From Clostridia bacterium (GTDB lineage Bacteria; Bacillota; DSM-521; Neomoorellales; SLTJ01): a stretch of DNA of 64,000 nt. Location: NCBI GenBank assembly GCA_004347685.1, contig SLTJ01000024.1, positions 107,401 through 171,400 of the forward strand. The letters run 5' to 3'. The position numbers and the translations under genes are program-made. The number at the start of each line of letters is the position of its first letter. The first letter of the stretch is position 1. Under the pieces are notes generated by a model. It ran no database searches and was not told the origin of the DNA. It saw only the letters and a list, made by a program, of their open reading frames with translations. Positions 39,274-47,330 of the stretch are shown in pieces.

Positions 39274-39302
39274 AAAAAGAAAAGCCGCGGTCCCGGCTTT
39301 TC
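39274..39302 (-). terminator. Intrinsic terminator about 35 nt upstream of the rny start
   Basis: Perfect 9-bp stem gaaaagccg/cggcttttc followed by a U-tract. Confidence 0.75.
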
Positions 39303-39504
39303 CCCACTAGTACCATTTGCGTAACAGGCCACCACCGTCCCTGTTACCGGGTGAGTATCGAACCAGATACACATAGCTCCTTGCCACCAGCCGCATCACC
39401 CGTTCTGGTACGCGGTTCCCCCGGACGAAGGGCTGCTGGTCTACCAACACTCACCTCGCTCTATATCAACCGGATGGTAACTAGCTTCAGGCCAGTTCTT
39501 CCCT
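39274..39504 (-). ncRNA. Candidate ~230-nt structured RNA or attenuator leader of rny
   Basis: Bounded by a consensus promoter and a terminator; stems 39474-39484/39307-39316 and 39444-39455/39350-39361 (G-U pairs on the minus strand), hairpin 39321-39347. Confidence 0.55.
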
Positions 39505-39510
39505 TCATTA

Positions 39511-39539
39511 ATTGTATTCTGCTGCTCAGGCTTTGTCAA
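39511..39539 (-). promoter_or_regulatory. Strong sigma-A promoter
   Basis: TTGACA-N17-TACAAT. Confidence 0.8.
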
Positions 39540-39543
39540 GAAA

Positions 39544-40035
39544 TTACTCGGGTTCACCGGGAGCGGACGGCAGTAGCAACTGGGCCCGGACTTTTTTGAT
39601 GACTTCGGAAGGAAACCCACGTCCCTGGAGAAACCTGGCCACCCGGGGCCACATCGTGGATTCGCGCCGCCCCAGGGCCGCCAAACGTTTCCGGGCCGCT
39701 TCGAGGGCGGCCGCCATTTCCGCTTCTGTATCCCAGCCTTCGGCCAGGCAGCGCTCAATCACCTCGGCGGTCAGTCCGCGGGCCTGGAGCTTGCCCATGG
39801 CGCGGTAAGAACCCCACCCGCGAGCCCGGGCCAGGCGCAAAAGATCACAGCCCAGTTGATAGTCGTCAAGATAACCATCCCGGCTAAGTTCTTTCAGGGT
39901 GTGCGCAATAGTGCCGCGGCTGAAGTTTTCCCGGGCCAGGTGCTCCCGCACCTCGGCCACACTCCTGGCCTGCCGCGACAGAAACCGCCAGGCCGATTCC
40001 AGAGCGGTATCTATGTCCGCGCCGCTGCAACTCAC
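39544..40035 (-). CDS. recX: Regulatory protein RecX
   Basis: FLSRQARSVAEVR, GYLDD, FLQGRGF; downstream of recA. Confidence 0.88.
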   Translation of the reverse strand: MSCSGADIDTALESAWRFLSRQARSVAEVREHLARENFSRGTIAHTLKELSRDGYLDDYQLGCDLLRLARARGWGSYRAMGKLQARGLTAEVIERCLAEGWDTEAEMAAALEAARKRLAALGRRESTMWPRVARFLQGRGFPSEVIKKVRAQLLLPSAPGEPE

Positions 40036-40049
40036 CTGCCTGCTCCTCG

Positions 40050-41066
40050 CTACTCTTCCTCCGGGAGTGAGGGCCGGACCAGGGCCAGGCGGCGGATCTC
40101 ATCTTCGATAGTCTGGCACACTTCCGGGTGTTCCCGCAGGTATTCCCGGACATTTTCCCGGCCCTGTCCCAGGCGCTCATCCTGGAAGGAATACCAGGCG
40201 CCGCTTTTCTGGATTATGTTCAGCTCAGTCCCCAGGTCAATAATATTTCCTTCCCGGGAAATCCCCTGTCCATAAATAATATCGAATTCAGCCTGGCGGA
40301 AGGGCGGAGCCACCTTGTTCTTAACCACCTTCACCTTGGTTTTGGTGCCGATTATGTCATTGCCCTCTTTGAGGTTATCTGTCCGCCGCACTTCTAGGCG
40401 GACGCTGGCGTAGAACTTAAGGGCCCGACCTCCGGGAGTGGTCTCGGGGTTGCCGAAAAACACGCCTATCTTTTCGCGCAACTGGTTGATAAAAACAGCC
40501 ACCGTTTGTGACTTGCTGATGGCTCCGGACAGTTTGCGTAGAGCCTGGGACATCAGGCGGGCCTGCAAGCCCACGTGGGCATCGCCCATCTCTCCCTCCA
40601 GTTCGGCTCGCGGGACCAGGGCGGCTACGGAGTCTATTACTATCACGTCTATGGCACCGCTGCGCACCAGGGCTTCGGTTATTTCCAGGGCCTGTTCCCC
40701 CGTATCCGGCTGGCTCAACAGGAGGTTATCAGTATCCACCCCCAGGTTGCGGGCATAGGTCGGGTCCAGGGCATGTTCTGCATCCACAAAGGCCGCGATA
40801 CCTCCCGTTTTCTGGGCTTCGGCAATGATATGCAGGGCTACGGTTGTTTTTCCTGAGGATTCCGGACCGTATATTTCTACGATCCTCCCCCGGGGCACCC
40901 CGCCGACACCCAGGGCCAGGTCCAGGGCCAAGGAGCCGGTGGAAATAACCTCCACCTGCATCAGGGCTGAAGCCTCGCCCAGCTTCATAATGGAACCCTT
41001 ACCAAACCTCCGCTCTATCTGGACCAAGGCCAGCTCCAGCGCCTTGTCCTTCTCGGACACCGTCAT
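40050..41066 (-). CDS. recA: Recombinase RecA
   Basis: [28 protein letters not shown]. Confidence 0.99.
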   Translation of the reverse strand: MTVSEKDKALELALVQIERRFGKGSIMKLGEASALMQVEVISTGSLALDLALGVGGVPRGRIVEIYGPESSGKTTVALHIIAEAQKTGGIAAFVDAEHALDPTYARNLGVDTDNLLLSQPDTGEQALEITEALVRSGAIDVIVIDSVAALVPRAELEGEMGDAHVGLQARLMSQALRKLSGAISKSQTVAVFINQLREKIGVFFGNPETTPGGRALKFYASVRLEVRRTDNLKEGNDIIGTKTKVKVVKNKVAPPFRQAEFDIIYGQGISREGNIIDLGTELNIIQKSGAWYSFQDERLGQGRENVREYLREHPEVCQTIEDEIRRLALVRPSLPEEE

Positions 41067-41119
41067 CTCTCCTTTCCATCAATCAATCAAGCAAGCAATA
41101 AAGATGAAGACAAGGTTTC

Positions 41120-41674
41120 TCAGGCACCTCCCAGGGGAAAGGCCTGAACCCGGGTATAGATGGCGCCGGCGGGAGTTAACCTACTTTCCATCAAGGCAAT
41201 GGCTTCCACGTGCTGTTGTCCAAAGGCGCGCCCGGCGTAGCGTGGCAATGCCTCCAGGAGAGGAGCCAGGTTACGCGGCGAGCGCACTCGTCCCAGGGTC
41301 ACATGGGGAGAAAAACTGCGATCGGGGACAAAGCCCAGCCGGGCCAGGTTCTCGGCCAGGCGCTGCTGCGTGAGCAAAACCTGCGGGGCCTGGCCTCCGG
41401 CCCAGATTACCTTGGGGCGTCGGCCGGCGGGAAAGGTGCCTATGCCGCTGACGGTGAGGGAAAAGGGCCTGGCAACGGCCGCACTGTCCCTGATGGCGCC
41501 GGATAACTGCGGCAGTATCCGCGGGGAAACCTCGCCCAGGAATTGCAGGGTAATATGAAAGGAGTCACGACCCACCCATTTTACATCCGCGGGTAGAGCT
41601 GATAGTTCCCGGCTGGCCGCCGCCAGGTTTCCCCGGATTTCTTCCTCCAATTCAACGGCCACAAAGGCCCGCAC
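41120..41674 (-). CDS. thpR: RNA 2',3'-cyclic phosphodiesterase (2H phosphoesterase)
   Basis: Two HxT motifs: FHITLQFLG and PHVTLGR. Confidence 0.93.
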   Translation of the reverse strand: MRAFVAVELEEEIRGNLAAASRELSALPADVKWVGRDSFHITLQFLGEVSPRILPQLSGAIRDSAAVARPFSLTVSGIGTFPAGRRPKVIWAGGQAPQVLLTQQRLAENLARLGFVPDRSFSPHVTLGRVRSPRNLAPLLEALPRYAGRAFGQQHVEAIALMESRLTPAGAIYTRVQAFPLGGA

Positions 41675-43042
41675 CTAAAACACCTGCCGCTCGAGGCTGA
41701 AGCCATTGTCTTTGTCTGATACCTTGATAATGTCTGCCATGCTAGGCTTTAATCTGCCTTCCCCATCCGGCTGGAAGTACAGCACCACCAGGGTATAAGG
41801 GACATCATGGGTTACGGCCAGGCCCCGAATCCCGGCCGCCCCGGTAGTTCCGGCATCCACCAGCCACGAGTCCCGGACCCGCTCTATGTTCAGGCGGTGA
41901 TCGTGACCGTAGAGGATAACCTCCGCTTCCCCAGCCAGAGCCCTGGCCAGCCGATTATTATGCACTGCTATGACTGTAGGTTTGTTCGCGCTGCCGGCCA
42001 GGAATTCCTGCAACCCGGCAACAATTTCCTGTATTTTTTCCTCTCCCGGCGGGGTCAGGGCATTGCTGTAGGAAGACGGGTCGGCCTGGCCCAGGATGGT
42101 CAAGCCTTTAACCTGCACCATCTCTTGATCCAGCACCTTTACGTTCGGCAGCTTTTTCAGAGAGGCGACAACCTCAGGGGAATCATGATTACCAGGAACA
42201 AAGATATAGGGGATGGGGGTGGCCTTGATTTGCTCCGTCATTTTCGCTTCCAGCGGAGTACCCAGGTCGGTGATGTCCCCGGTGTCCACGATGAGGTCTA
42301 CCTTGAATTTCTCGCTCACTGCCCGAATCAAAGGATAGGCCGCCGGGTTGTTGTGCAGGTCAGAAACATGCAGGAGTTTCACTGCGGCCGCCTCTGTTCC
42401 GGGTACCGGGCCGTTTTCCAGACGGGAAAAAAGGTCGGCGACATTTTCCGCCACCGCTTGCATCTGCTGGTTAAGGCTATCCATATTGGCCATAGCTTCC
42501 TGGGCCAGCCCGATAGCCCAGGGGGCCATTTGCAACATGCCTTCGTAGTTGGGATTGCCGAAGCGACTAACGTCATAGGTGGCGGCCACTCCGCCCAGGA
42601 GGCCGGCCACCAGGACTGCCGCGGCCGCCGTTGAGGCGAGGAAGTCCCGCAGACCGGTACACCTGAGGGCCGCTGCGGCCAGGCTGCCGCCCATGGCCGC
42701 CAGGAGCAAGACTTTCACCAACAACAGCCGCAGGCCCTGATACAGGGAAGGCTTCAAGTGATCGAGGAATTCCTTTTCGCTAGCGACGTGCCCGGCGAAA
42801 TCACTCAAATTCTCCAAATTCACATTTTCCCAGGTAACAGTAACCTGCAGCGGTACCTTATGGGTAACCGCCGAGATCTGGCCGAAGGGCGGCAGGCTGA
42901 CGGCGGTAGTACCGGTGAGGGCGGGGCGAAAACTCACCCCGACCTGTAAGGAGTCCAGTTGCAGGGAAAAACTGCCGGCCAGGCTGACCAGCATCAGTCC
43001 CGCCAGGGCCGCCAGCAGGATCCGTCCCAGTCTAACCAGCAT
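41675..43042 (-). CDS. Membrane-anchored calcineurin-like metallophosphoesterase
   Basis: Three hydrophobic segments, then SDLHN, DTGDITD, GNHD, GHDH. Confidence 0.88.
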   Translation of the reverse strand: MLVRLGRILLAALAGLMLVSLAGSFSLQLDSLQVGVSFRPALTGTTAVSLPPFGQISAVTHKVPLQVTVTWENVNLENLSDFAGHVASEKEFLDHLKPSLYQGLRLLLVKVLLLAAMGGSLAAAALRCTGLRDFLASTAAAAVLVAGLLGGVAATYDVSRFGNPNYEGMLQMAPWAIGLAQEAMANMDSLNQQMQAVAENVADLFSRLENGPVPGTEAAAVKLLHVSDLHNNPAAYPLIRAVSEKFKVDLIVDTGDITDLGTPLEAKMTEQIKATPIPYIFVPGNHDSPEVVASLKKLPNVKVLDQEMVQVKGLTILGQADPSSYSNALTPPGEEKIQEIVAGLQEFLAGSANKPTVIAVHNNRLARALAGEAEVILYGHDHRLNIERVRDSWLVDAGTTGAAGIRGLAVTHDVPYTLVVLYFQPDGEGRLKPSMADIIKVSDKDNGFSLERQVF

Positions 43043-44540
43043 GGGCCAGCTCCGCTTTCTTCTGATAGCCGCCAAGAATCTGCCGCAGGCGGTCACCGCC
43101 GAGGCTTTCTTGTTCCAACAACACGCCAGCCACCTCACGAATAAGGTCCCGGTAAGGGCTGAAGATTTTCGTGAGGCTCTCCTCCTGCGCGGACATGATT
43201 TGCCCGATCACCCTTTGCCTGGTGGCAGCCGTGAGGTCGGTCCAAGAAACCACCCCCAGGGAGGAAAGGCCGGATTCCACCATCTGACGGGCTATTTCCA
43301 GGGCTTGCTGGAAGTCGCTGCCGGCACCAGTGCTGGCCGCCTCCAGTATCATCTTCTCGCTCACGTATCCTCCCAGGCAGATCTTAATCTGGTCTTCCAT
43401 GTAGCCCTGGGTATACAGGTACAGGTCTTCCCTTGGCGCTTGGCGCATATAGCCCAAGGCCTGGCCCCGGGAAGTAATGGTCAAGTGGGAAACAGACCCC
43501 GGCCGCAGCAGTTCGCTAGCCAGGGCGTGGCCCGTCTCGTGCACGGCGATGCGGTGTAACTCTTCCCGGCCGGGTTTCCGGCCCAGCTTCTCCCCCAGCA
43601 TCACCTTGTCGGTAGCGTCCTGCAGGTGCTTTTGCGTGATGACCGGGCTCTTTTCCCGCAGGGCGAGAATGGCCGCTTCGTTGGCCAGACTCTCCAGGTG
43701 CGCCCCGGAGAACCCGAAGGTGTTGGCCGCCACTGCTTCCAGGTCCACATCGTCGGCCAGCGGCTTGTTGGCCACGTGCAGACGCAGGATCTGCAGCCGG
43801 CCCTCCCTGTCCGGCAATTCTACCCGTACCTGGCGATCAAACCGTCCCGGCCGCAGGAGAGCCTCGTCCAGCATATCATATCTATTCGTGGCTCCGATCA
43901 GCAGGATGCTGGTTTCCTGCTCTTTTTTCAGCCCGTCCATTTCCACCAGCAGTTGATTCAATGTCTGGTCGTATTCCTGATGGGCCGTATAGTTGCCCCG
44001 CCGGCCGCCCAGGCACTCGATTTCATCAATGAAGATAACCGCCCGCCGGTGCCGGTTCTGGGCCGCGAGTTTCTGCGCCCGGCGAAAGAGGTTGCGGATA
44101 CGCTGGGCGCCGACGCCGGCGTACATCTCGATGAACTCGCTCCCGGAAACAGCAAGGAAAACAGCGTCCGTATAGGCGGCGGCAGCCCTGGCCAGCATGG
44201 TTTTACCAGTCCCGGGCGGGCCGGCCAGAAGGATGCCCCGTAGGGGCCTGATTCCCATCTGGCGAAGGTTTTCGGCTTCCAGGATAAAATCCAGGGCCTC
44301 CTGCAGTTCCTGGATGGCCGTGGGCTGGCCGCCGATATCCGCAAAAGTCGTTTTTTGTCTGGCCGGCACGGTGCCCAAAGGCGATGCCGCCAGGTCGCCC
44401 CGGTATTCCATCAGATAATAGAGAAGCAAGGCCAGGAAGGCAACCGCCACCACCGGCCAGAGGTTATAGCCCTGAACTAATAGAAAAATAACCACCGCGA
44501 TGCCGGCGCCTATGCCCATTTCTTTAAGCACCAGCGGCAC
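43032..44540 (-). CDS. FtsH-like AAA+ ATPase / zinc protease without an extracytoplasmic domain
   Basis: Two N-terminal TMs, GPPGTGKT, IFIDE, ATNR..ALLRPGRFDR, HETGH, GAGSD. Confidence 0.9.
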   Translation of the reverse strand: MPLVLKEMGIGAGIAVVIFLLVQGYNLWPVVAVAFLALLLYYLMEYRGDLAASPLGTVPARQKTTFADIGGQPTAIQELQEALDFILEAENLRQMGIRPLRGILLAGPPGTGKTMLARAAAAYTDAVFLAVSGSEFIEMYAGVGAQRIRNLFRRAQKLAAQNRHRRAVIFIDEIECLGGRRGNYTAHQEYDQTLNQLLVEMDGLKKEQETSILLIGATNRYDMLDEALLRPGRFDRQVRVELPDREGRLQILRLHVANKPLADDVDLEAVAANTFGFSGAHLESLANEAAILALREKSPVITQKHLQDATDKVMLGEKLGRKPGREELHRIAVHETGHALASELLRPGSVSHLTITSRGQALGYMRQAPREDLYLYTQGYMEDQIKICLGGYVSEKMILEAASTGAGSDFQQALEIARQMVESGLSSLGVVSWTDLTAATRQRVIGQIMSAQEESLTKIFSPYRDLIREVAGVLLEQESLGGDRLRQILGGYQKKAELAHAG

Positions 44541-45039
44541 CCCCCTTCGCGTCCCGGCGCGGGACGATGCGGTACAGGTTATGGGCCGCGTGCCGGGCCT
44601 GGAAAAAGATGAAGCCGTCGTCCACCGCCAGGCGGTAATCCTTTACGCCCACGGCCGCCATTTCCTGCGCCACCCGGGCTGCCATTACGGTAAAGTCCCC
44701 CTGACTGGCAGCTTCGTAGATGGCGTACTGAACCCTGTCCCACGCGCCTTCCAGCAAGGGATCAGTGGTGGAGGTTATCTCTACCGGCAGGCCTTGCCGT
44801 GAAGCGATGGTTTGCAGTTGGGGATAGGTTCGGCCCAGGTCGCTTACCTGCCCCAGGGTTATAGTTACGTTATCGCCTGAAATTTCCACCTGTTTAACGC
44901 CGGCAATGCCCAGAAGTTGATCCTTTAGCGGCTCCTGCACATAATACCGCTGGTAAAGGAAGTTTCCGGCCAGCAGCGCAGCCAGAGTAACGGCCAGAAA
45001 CACGACGATGAGATGTGTCCGTAGGCCAGCGAAGATCAA
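44524..45039 (-). CDS. Hypothetical membrane-anchored protein
   Basis: Single N-terminal TM; overlaps the start of the AAA gene. Confidence 0.7.
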   Translation of the reverse strand: MIFAGLRTHLIVVFLAVTLAALLAGNFLYQRYYVQEPLKDQLLGIAGVKQVEISGDNVTITLGQVSDLGRTYPQLQTIASRQGLPVEITSTTDPLLEGAWDRVQYAIYEAASQGDFTVMAARVAQEMAAVGVKDYRLAVDDGFIFFQARHAAHNLYRIVPRRDAKGGAAGA

Positions 45040-45092
45040 ATCGCTACCCCCCTGTCCTGCCAGAATTATAGCACACACCGCGCGGCCAAACC

Positions 45093-46433
45093 TTAGGAGA
45101 TGCCTGGTAAGGCCTGTTTGGGGACCCGGCCGTAAAGGTCGTAGCTATCGCTAGTCTCGATTCTCACCGGCACGATTTCCCCCGGGTGAAGGCCGGTACC
45201 GGCAAAACGAACCACTCCGTCCACCTCCGGGGCCTGATGCCGGGAGCGACCAATCCACTGCTCTTTCCTCCCGGCAGCACCTTCCACCAGAACCGGAATG
45301 GTCTGCCCTTCCCAGCGGCGGTTGCGGCTGGCTGAAATATGCTGCTGGCACGTCATGAGTTCATGGTAACGCCTTTCCGCCACTTCCGCGGGTACGGCCG
45401 GCTCCAGGCCGGCGGCAACTGTGCCTTCCTGGGGAGAAAACTTAAAGGCCCCCACCCAGTCCAGGCTAGCCGCTTGGAGGAACTGCAGGAGCTGGCGGAA
45501 GTCTGCTTCCGTTTCGCCGGGGAAACCGACGATGAAGGTGCTGCGCAGAGTTACGCCTGGCAGTGCGGTGCGGATACGGCGCACCAATTCCAGGAACTCG
45601 TCACCGCTGCCGGTACGGCCCATACGGCGCAAGACAGAAGGGCTGGCGTGCTGGAAGGGTAGGTCCAGATAATGACAGATACCAGGCTCGGCTGCCATTA
45701 CTTCCAGGACTTCATGCCGCAGGTGCTGGGGATGGCCGTAAAGAAAACGCAGCCAGGTGAGGCCTTCCAGCCGGGCTAGCCGGCGCAGCAAGTCGGCAAA
45801 CCGGCCGTAATCCGGCTGGTCGGTGCCGTAATAAGTCGTATCCTGGGCCACCAGGATGATCTCCCCGGCTCCACGGGCGATCAGGCTCCTGGCCTCGGCC
45901 AGGACAGATTCAGGCGGACGGCTGCGGTACGGCCCGCGCAACCTGGGAATGAGGCAGAAAGAACACTGGTGGTTGCACCCCTCGGCAATTTTCAGATACG
46001 CTGTGCCGGATCCGGTGCTCACCACCCGCGGCAGAGTACCGCCATTCATGCCCGACCCTGGACCCACGAATACGGCCGGGGGGCTGCCCTCCTGTTTCTC
46101 GAGTACCGTGGTTATCCGTTTCAGATGGCCAGGCCCGATAATGGCATCTACCTCTGGGATTTCCCGCGCCAGTTCGGCCCCATATTCTTCCGCCAGGCAC
46201 CCGCATACAGCCAGAATACGGCATTCCCTCCCCTTGTACCTGGCTACCTCTAGGATGGCATTGACCGATTCTTGCTTGGCCTCGGTGACAAAGCTACACG
46301 TATTGACGATAATCGCCTCGGCCCGGGAAGGCTCCCCGACGATCTCGTGCCCTGCCTCCTGGAGCAAACCGAGCAGGGTTTCGCTGTCCACCAGGTTTTT
46401 GGCGCATCCCAGACTCACTACAGCTACTCGCAA
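45093..46433 (-). CDS. rimO: Ribosomal protein S12 methylthiotransferase
   Basis: SLGCAKNLVDSE, NTCSF, radical SAM GCNHQCSFC, APEVDG TRAM domain; the long ORF extension upstream overlaps rodZ. Confidence 0.95.
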   Translation of the reverse strand: MRVAVVSLGCAKNLVDSETLLGLLQEAGHEIVGEPSRAEAIIVNTCSFVTEAKQESVNAILEVARYKGRECRILAVCGCLAEEYGAELAREIPEVDAIIGPGHLKRITTVLEKQEGSPPAVFVGPGSGMNGGTLPRVVSTGSGTAYLKIAEGCNHQCSFCLIPRLRGPYRSRPPESVLAEARSLIARGAGEIILVAQDTTYYGTDQPDYGRFADLLRRLARLEGLTWLRFLYGHPQHLRHEVLEVMAAEPGICHYLDLPFQHASPSVLRRMGRTGSGDEFLELVRRIRTALPGVTLRSTFIVGFPGETEADFRQLLQFLQAASLDWVGAFKFSPQEGTVAAGLEPAVPAEVAERRYHELMTCQQHISASRNRRWEGQTIPVLVEGAAGRKEQWIGRSRHQAPEVDGVVRFAGTGLHPGEIVPVRIETSDSYDLYGRVPKQALPGIS

Positions 46434-46477
46434 AGGCCAGCATCCACTCCCTGAAGACCTATGCCCAGTCATTCTCC

Positions 46478-47266
46478 CTAGGGCGAGGTTCTGTTTACTC
46501 TCCGTGCCCCCTCCGGGGTGAAACTCCAGGTCACTACCTGGCCGCGTGCGCCCATGGGACCGGCCGGGCTGCCGTTTTGGCGTACTTCCACCGCTCCCGC
46601 ATCGCCGAACTTGATATTGACTTCCTGCTCTCCAGCAAAGGTTTGTCCTTCGCCTGCCCGCAGGATACCGCTGAATTCCAGCCGCCCGTCTACCCGGACC
46701 TCCATCCAGCACTCCCTTTCCTTCACCAGGACTTCCACCCTTACCAGACTGGCCTGCGTAGGTCCGGCCGGAGGTTGCCCAGGCCCGGGAGACGTTTCCG
46801 GCGCCGGTGTTTGCTCCGGGGTGGCATTGCTGGCCGGCGGTTTCCCTGGTATTTCCACGGCCGGCGAAGGGGTTTCTCCCGGTAGAAAACCTACCAGGCG
46901 CATCCTCCAAACCAGCCCGAAGGCTATCGTGGCGACCACTACCAGGAGGAAAAGGAGCAGCCAAATTGGCCGGCGCCTTTTCCCCAAACTCGGCGGTGCG
47001 GCCGGCGACACGGTCAGCACTTCATCTTCCGGAAAGGGATAGACTTCGTTTAGAGTTTTTACCAGTTCGTCGCTGTTCAGACCTAGGTAGGAAGCATAGG
47101 CCCGGAGAAAGCCAACCGCATAGACGCGGCCGGGCAAAGCCGACAGATCCTCGTTTTCCAGCGCCTCCAGATACTTGACCCTGATCTTGGTGGCTTCTTC
47201 TACTTCTCTGAGCGTGATCCCCTTTTCTTTACGCGCAGCCTGCAGCTTGCTGCCGATGTCAGGCAA
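46478..47266 (-). CDS. rodZ: RodZ/YmfM HTH-TM-DUF4115 protein
   Basis: HTH (TKIRVKYLEALE, GFLRAYA), TM, C-terminal CWMEV..DG..GDAGAV. Confidence 0.9.
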   Translation of the reverse strand: MPDIGSKLQAARKEKGITLREVEEATKIRVKYLEALENEDLSALPGRVYAVGFLRAYASYLGLNSDELVKTLNEVYPFPEDEVLTVSPAAPPSLGKRRRPIWLLLFLLVVVATIAFGLVWRMRLVGFLPGETPSPAVEIPGKPPASNATPEQTPAPETSPGPGQPPAGPTQASLVRVEVLVKERECWMEVRVDGRLEFSGILRAGEGQTFAGEQEVNIKFGDAGAVEVRQNGSPAGPMGARGQVVTWSFTPEGARRVNRTSP

Positions 47267-47297
47267 ATAATTTCACCCGCCCGGGTTTTTTGCTTAT

Positions 47298-47324
47298 CTT
47301 CGACACCGAACTCCAATTTCCTTG
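47298..47324 (-). promoter_or_regulatory. Sigma-H-like promoter of rodZ
   Basis: CAAGGAAAT-N11-GTCGAAG. Confidence 0.45.
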
Positions 47325-47330
47325 TTGCGA

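Noticed and set aside
39274-39504. rny leader as a T-box, c-di-AMP (ydaO) or lysine riboswitch
   Set aside because: Only isolated words match (atgaagggaaga, gggggaacc). The T-box GGTGGNACC, the ydaO CCCGTCAGCTAA and the lysine core motifs are absent.
46434-46964. 177-aa N-terminal extension making RimO 623 aa
   Set aside because: It is an alternative frame overlapping rodZ; RimO homology starts at TTG 46433, which has its own SD.
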